DNA of 64,000 nucleotides from contig OY282565.1 of NCBI GenBank assembly GCA_958296445.1, positions 3,869,570 through 3,933,569 on the forward strand. Direction: 5' to 3'. The position numbers were made by a program, and so were the translations under genes. Below, piece after piece: positions 59,736 through 64,000 of the stretch. The notes under the pieces were generated by a model. That model was not told the origin of the DNA. It saw only the letters and a program-made list of their open reading frames with translations, and made no database searches. The DNA comes from an uncultured Dehalococcoidia bacterium (GTDB lineage Bacteria; Chloroflexota; Dehalococcoidia; Lucifugimonadales; UBA3495). Numbering within the stretch: position 1 is the stretch's first letter; each line of letters opens with the position of its first letter.

Positions 59736-61190
59736 TTACTGCTCTTTTGCTAGGAACTCGCGGACGCGGGCTACTGCGGCGTCGCGGTTGTAGGCGCGAT
59801 AGGTTAGGAGGGCGTTGCGCACCGGGTCGCCGCCGAAGAACCGCTCGTAGAGGGCCTGGCGTCCGCCGAAGGCGCTGCAAGCTACGTCCCAGGCCAGCCG
59901 GAACAGGCGCACCCGCTCGCGGGCCGGGGCGCTGGCGGTGGTGAGGTAACGCTCCAGCTCCGGGCCGATGGGGGCGTTGAAGTCGCTTTCGGACGGCAGG
60001 GCCATCAGGCTGCTGGCGCCGAGAAGCTGCACGATTTCCGCTAGGCGGGGGTAGATTACGCCGGGGTACAGGGCGCGGGCGGCGGTGATTGGCCCTTGCG
60101 CCGGACACATTACGCCCCAACTGTTGAGGGCGGCGTCGGCCTCGGATGCCCGCAGGCAGGCTTTCAGCGTTTCTAGGTGGATGATGATTTCGGCTATTTT
60201 TTCCTGCACGTGGGGCAGTTCGCCGGAGCCTAGGGTGTCGGCCATCAGTTGGGCCAGCCCTAGGATGAACTCGGTTTTGACCACGCAGCGGTTGACTACC
60301 TGATAGCCGGATTGGGTGGTGGACTGGGTGGCGACGGCGTAGTAGTTGCACATTTCCACGTCGCCCAGCAGGAACACTCGTTCCCACGGCACCAGCACAT
60401 CGTCGAAAAAGACGATGGAGTCCATTTCCTCGAAGCGGGAGCCTAGGGGGTGGTCGAAGGCGGAGCGTCCGTAGTCGAAACTTTCGCGGCAGACGAATTT
60501 GACGCCGGGCGTGGCGCAGGGGATGGAAAAGGAGAAGGCTTGGCGCCAAGCCTCGGGGCCCAATAGGTGGGTTCGGGTGGGGTATACGGCGATTTCGTCG
60601 GAAATCGGCCCTAGGGTCGCTAGGATGCGGCTGCCGCGGACGATGATTCCGTCGGCGGTTTCCTTGATTACGGTAAGGGCTACCTGCTCGTCCAGTTCGT
60701 CCAGCACTCCGGCGTTGCGGCGGGGTTGGAGGTTGACTAGGGTGTGGGTGAGGGTGACGTCGTTTTCGCGGACGAACTCGAAGTAGCGTTGGACGTTGTC
60801 GGCGAATTCGGGGCGGTTCTGCCCGAAGTAGCCGGCGGCTCCGGCCCAGGCGGCTAGGGATACGTTCAGGAAATCGGGGGTGCGGGCCATCATACCGCAG
60901 CCGAGCCAGGCCCAGTGGGTCATCATCGCCCGCCGCCGCTCTAGGTCGTCGGCGGTGCGGGGGATGATGAAGGAGAGGCCGACGGGGTGGCCGGATGACG
61001 GGGAGGGGAAGGTCATAGCGTCGCGCAGGGCGGGGTCGTGCTGCTGGTCGTAGAGGGCGGCTACGGAGCGGACGCCGCCGCGGAGGGCGGGGTGGGTGGT
61101 GACGTCGGGGACGGGCTCGCCGCGGAGCCAGACTTCGGCGGGGTTGGCTTGGAGGGCGGCGATGTATTGGTTGCCGGTTTTGGCGGGCAT
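59736..61190 (-). CDS. 4-hydroxyphenylacetate 3-monooxygenase oxygenase-component family (HpaB-like) flavoprotein
   Basis: 'MPAKTGNQYIAAL', 'VWLRGE.V.DVTTHPA', length of 484 aa, and C-terminal 'LFRLAWD...FGGRQALYERFF.GDP', typical of HpaB/4-BUDH fold proteins. Confidence 0.8.
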   Translation of the reverse strand: MPAKTGNQYIAALQANPAEVWLRGEPVPDVTTHPALRGGVRSVAALYDQQHDPALRDAMTFPSPSSGHPVGLSFIIPRTADDLERRRAMMTHWAWLGCGMMARTPDFLNVSLAAWAGAAGYFGQNRPEFADNVQRYFEFVRENDVTLTHTLVNLQPRRNAGVLDELDEQVALTVIKETADGIIVRGSRILATLGPISDEIAVYPTRTHLLGPEAWRQAFSFSIPCATPGVKFVCRESFDYGRSAFDHPLGSRFEEMDSIVFFDDVLVPWERVFLLGDVEMCNYYAVATQSTTQSGYQVVNRCVVKTEFILGLAQLMADTLGSGELPHVQEKIAEIIIHLETLKACLRASEADAALNSWGVMCPAQGPITAARALYPGVIYPRLAEIVQLLGASSLMALPSESDFNAPIGPELERYLTTASAPARERVRLFRLAWDVACSAFGGRQALYERFFGGDPVRNALLTYRAYNRDAAVARVREFLAKEQ

Positions 61191-61256
61191 TGTGGGCCTC
61201 CGATGGCGGTTTTCGGTAAGTGTATCACTTACTGCATATCAGGAATCACGTTATGC

Positions 61257-61286
61257 TTGACAAGTTTACCCCATTTGTGGTATGTA
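61257..61286 (+). promoter_or_regulatory. Candidate sigma70-type promoter for the MTase/AlkB-like pair
   Basis: TTGACA (61257-61262), 18-nt spacer, TATGTA (61281-61286). An SD aagagg follows at 61301-61306. Confidence 0.3.
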
Positions 61287-61305
61287 TGTTCTATTATAGT
61301 AAGAG

Positions 61306-62058
61306 GTGATAGATATGGTCAGTTTTGGGCAGCCTCGCCTCCAGTTGGTCAGGGATCACTATCCTCGAGTCATACGAGAGATAATGGCAGAGCATGGAGT
61401 CCGACATTTTGGGCAACCTACGTTTGCAGTGCAGGCCAATACTGGATTCGAGGAAGTGCTCCGGTATGTGGATTGGTATGTAGCAGGCACAGGAGATAAT
61501 GTACAACATTATCGCTACGACCGATATATGGCGGTCTTACAAAATCTTCCCTTGACTGCAAATCGGCAAGCGCACGTCGACGTCGGTTGTGGAGCTGGCT
61601 TGTTTTCATGGGTGTTCCTCGATTGGGCAACACGAAATGGCATTGGACACGACCGCATTGACTTGTATGGCTTGGACCACTGCCAAGCGATGCTAAACCT
61701 AGCGGAAATGGCAAGGGTCAGGCTGAAGCAAGTCATAACCACTGTCCCCAATGCTCATTATTGCCGCGATGTCGATGCTCTCTTGCTCCGGTTGATGGAG
61801 AATCATCGTGCAGGAACAGATTACTCAGTTACTTTCGGACACGTGCTAATCCAAGCTCATACCCCTCACAACATACGAGAGTTCTCACGAATCATAGCCC
61901 ATATCGTCAGGCGGGATGGCCTTAACGCTATCTGTCGGCTCCGGGTAGTTGATGCACACAGTGGCAATAGGCCAAGTCAACTGCAATCAGCTTTGACATC
62001 ATTGTGGGATAGTTTATCAGAGATGGGAATCCAAAGACCCAAGCCAGGATCTGGATAA
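61306..62058 (+). CDS. Class I SAM-dependent methyltransferase, substrate unknown (start GTG 61306 or ATG 61315)
   Basis: Motif I 'HVDVGCGAGLFS', motif II 'DLYGLDHCQAML'. An N-terminal region of ~95 aa has no recognisable motif. Confidence 0.7.
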   Translation: MIDMVSFGQPRLQLVRDHYPRVIREIMAEHGVRHFGQPTFAVQANTGFEEVLRYVDWYVAGTGDNVQHYRYDRYMAVLQNLPLTANRQAHVDVGCGAGLFSWVFLDWATRNGIGHDRIDLYGLDHCQAMLNLAEMARVRLKQVITTVPNAHYCRDVDALLLRLMENHRAGTDYSVTFGHVLIQAHTPHNIREFSRIIAHIVRRDGLNAICRLRVVDAHSGNRPSQLQSALTSLWDSLSEMGIQRPKPGSG

Positions 62059-62059
62059 G

Positions 62060-62758
62060 ATGAGGCCGTGTATGTCTGCGCAGTTGTCTTTCCTACAAAT
62101 GAATACCGATGACAAAGGCTTGATAACGCCGCGTCACCTCAACCGCGACATCAGCGGCGTATCCGGCTTGCAGGAAATAACAGTCGTTCCGGGCCTCAAG
62201 TTCGTTGAGGGATTCCTTACACCGGAACAGCAGAATTACTGCGTCCAGCGGATTGACGCTGCTCAAGACCAGTGGCGCGATGACCTTAGCCGCCGGGTGC
62301 AGCATTATGGCTGGCGTTATGACTACAAGGCTCGCGCTATCACGCCGGATATGCATATCGGCGCATTGCCGGACTGGTTGGCGCGAGTGGCGCAGAAATT
62401 ATATGACGAAACCGGGCTGTTTGACCGGGTGCCTGAGCAGGTTATCGTCAACGAATACCAGCCCGGGCAAGGCATTGCCACACATATTGACCATCCCGGG
62501 TTTGGGCCGACGGTATGCATGGTTTCTTTGTTGGATGATTGGGAAATGGACTTTTCCGAGAACTGGAAAGACAAGGCTCCGGCTCTGTTGCAAAAAGGCT
62601 CCTGTGTTCTGCTAACCGGCTCGGCGCGTTCCGTTTGGCAGCACGGCATCGCGCCGCGCAAGAGCGAACTGCTGGATAACGGGCGGCGGCCCCGTCAACG
62701 CCGCTTGTCAATGACTTTCAGGACGGTGCTTAACCGTGATGGGGTTAATGACGGTTAG
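62060..62758 (+). CDS. AlkB-like Fe(II)/2-oxoglutarate dioxygenase (ALKBH8-like subtype)
   Basis: 'RRVQHYGWRYDYKA' (compare the eukaryotic ALKBH-type R.v.hFGy.f.Y), 'VNEYQPGQGIATHIDHP' (HxD), 'WQHGI' (distal His), 'RRLSMTFR' (2OG-binding Arg). It starts 1 nt after the MTase stop. Confidence 0.8.
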   Translation: MRPCMSAQLSFLQMNTDDKGLITPRHLNRDISGVSGLQEITVVPGLKFVEGFLTPEQQNYCVQRIDAAQDQWRDDLSRRVQHYGWRYDYKARAITPDMHIGALPDWLARVAQKLYDETGLFDRVPEQVIVNEYQPGQGIATHIDHPGFGPTVCMVSLLDDWEMDFSENWKDKAPALLQKGSCVLLTGSARSVWQHGIAPRKSELLDNGRRPRQRRLSMTFRTVLNRDGVNDG

Positions 62759-62830
62759 TTGCCGCTATCCAATCCTTGCGGGGTGTGCTACATTGCGTTT
62801 CACCTGAACTTACCTGTTGGGAGGTGTGCT

Positions 62831-63931
62831 ATGAGGGGCCGTGTTGTGGCTTGCAAGGAGTATGGCAAGCCCTTTGTTATCGAGGAGTACGAGGTTCCCG
62901 AACCGGCGCCCGGGGCGGTGTTGTTGCGGATGACCCAGGCGGGCATCTGCGGCTCCGACCTGCACGTTTGGCGCGGCGACCAGGTGAATGTGCCGCTGCC
63001 CCCTACCGGCCGGGCTATGGGCCACGAAGGCACCGGCGTGGTCGAGATTCTGGGCGACGGCGTGGCTACGGATTCCGGCGGCACGCCGGTTGAGAAGGGC
63101 GACCGGGTGGTTTATGCCGCGGTGTTTCCCTGCTATCACTGCCACCAGTGTCTGAAGGGCAATACCAACTGGTGCATGAACCGCAATTACCCCGCCGCCG
63201 GAACTTGGCCCTACTTCACCGGCACTTACGCCGATTTCCTGTATCTGCCGCCGCGCCATCCCTTTTTCCGCGTTCCCGACGGGCTGGACGACGACCTGCT
63301 GGGGCCGGTGAACTGCGCTATGGGGACGGTCACAACCGGCCTGATTCGCGCCGGGGCGGGCGAGGGCGACTATGTGGTGATTCAGGGTGCCGGCGGTTTG
63401 GGGGTTCACGCCACCGCTATGGCGAAGGAAATGGGCGCCGACCGGGTAATCGTCCTCGACCGGCTGGAGAACCGGCTGGAGCTGGCCGAAGCCTTCGGGG
63501 CCGACCATACCATCAACATTGAGGAGTTCAACACGCCGGAAACGCGGGTGCGCCGGGTGCGGGAGCTGACCGAGGGCCGGGGCGCCGACGTGGTTATCGA
63601 GCTGGTGGGCCGGGCCGAGTTGCTGGCGGAGGGCATTGATATGCTCGGCAACGGCGGCACTTTCGTGGAAATCGGCGACATTGTGCGCGGGCGCGAGGTG
63701 TCCATAGACCCGTCCAAGCTGCTCCAGGGAAAGAACATTATGGGGTCGCTGATGTATAGGGCCGAGTTGCTGCCGAGGCTGCTCAATTTCTTGGTGCGGA
63801 ATAAAGACCGTCTGCCTTTCGAGCGGATAGTGTCGCACAAGTTCCCGCTGGCGGAGGTCAACGAAGCCTTCCCGCAGTGCGAGTGGGACCAGCGGCAGCC
63901 GGAGATTACGCGGGCGATGCTGGTGCCGTAG
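62831..63931 (+). CDS. Zinc-dependent medium-chain alcohol dehydrogenase/reductase
   Basis: 'GICGSDLHVWRG', 'MGHEGTGVV', structural Zn cluster 'CYHCHQCLKGNTNWC', 'IQGAGGLG'. ATG 62831 preceded by GGAGGTG. Confidence 0.9.
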   Translation: MRGRVVACKEYGKPFVIEEYEVPEPAPGAVLLRMTQAGICGSDLHVWRGDQVNVPLPPTGRAMGHEGTGVVEILGDGVATDSGGTPVEKGDRVVYAAVFPCYHCHQCLKGNTNWCMNRNYPAAGTWPYFTGTYADFLYLPPRHPFFRVPDGLDDDLLGPVNCAMGTVTTGLIRAGAGEGDYVVIQGAGGLGVHATAMAKEMGADRVIVLDRLENRLELAEAFGADHTINIEEFNTPETRVRRVRELTEGRGADVVIELVGRAELLAEGIDMLGNGGTFVEIGDIVRGREVSIDPSKLLQGKNIMGSLMYRAELLPRLLNFLVRNKDRLPFERIVSHKFPLAEVNEAFPQCEWDQRQPEITRAMLVP

Positions 63932-64000
63932 GGGGGCGGTGGCAATAATGGAGGGCAGTGACCGTCAGTGGTTGACCGCCTGCCATTCGCGTTATTAGAC

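Noticed and set aside
62810-63838. Minus-strand 342-aa ORF
   Set aside because: It is antisense to the zinc-dependent alcohol dehydrogenase gene and has no motifs.

Overview
High-GC bacterial chromosomal window. Gene content and repeat style suggest an aerobic Chloroflexota-like organism (inference only). Housekeeping blocks: glycine-cleavage operon gcvT-gcvH-gcvPA-gcvPB (5.8-10.3 kb, minus strand); caa3-type cytochrome c oxidase ctaC-D-E-F plus ctaA/ctaB (23.2-31.1 kb); two ABC-2 exporter operons; a cobalamin-riboswitch-controlled BtuFCD-like importer operon (35.5-39.7 kb); two tandem GMC oxidoreductases; tRNA-Ile(GAU); an ArnT-like glycosyltransferase; MscS; a sirtuin; Pcm; and assorted oxidoreductases and hydrolases. 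Accessory content: hicAB, hepT-mntA next to a NucS-like nuclease, a Uma2 nuclease, an IS607-family tnpA/tnpB element, and three visibly AT-richer islands. These islands are (i) a two-gene cassette of unknown function at 4.3-5.8 kb, (ii) a DNA MTase + SAP/PD-(D/E)xK nuclease + orphan BrnA at 53.2-55.4 kb, and (iii) a SAM-MTase + ALKBH8-like AlkB dioxygenase pair at 61.3-62.8 kb. I rate these three islands and the hepT-mntA-nuclease cluster as the best candidates for an undescribed system. None can be assigned a function from sequence alone. The window also carries at least five families of short interspersed or tandem repeats (MITE-like palindromes, GC hairpins, octamer arrays, 120- and 145-bp tandem arrays). 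These repeats create many spurious ORFs and false N-terminal extensions in the ORF track. I corrected several start codons by locating the conserved N-termini and checking the codon in the sequence.
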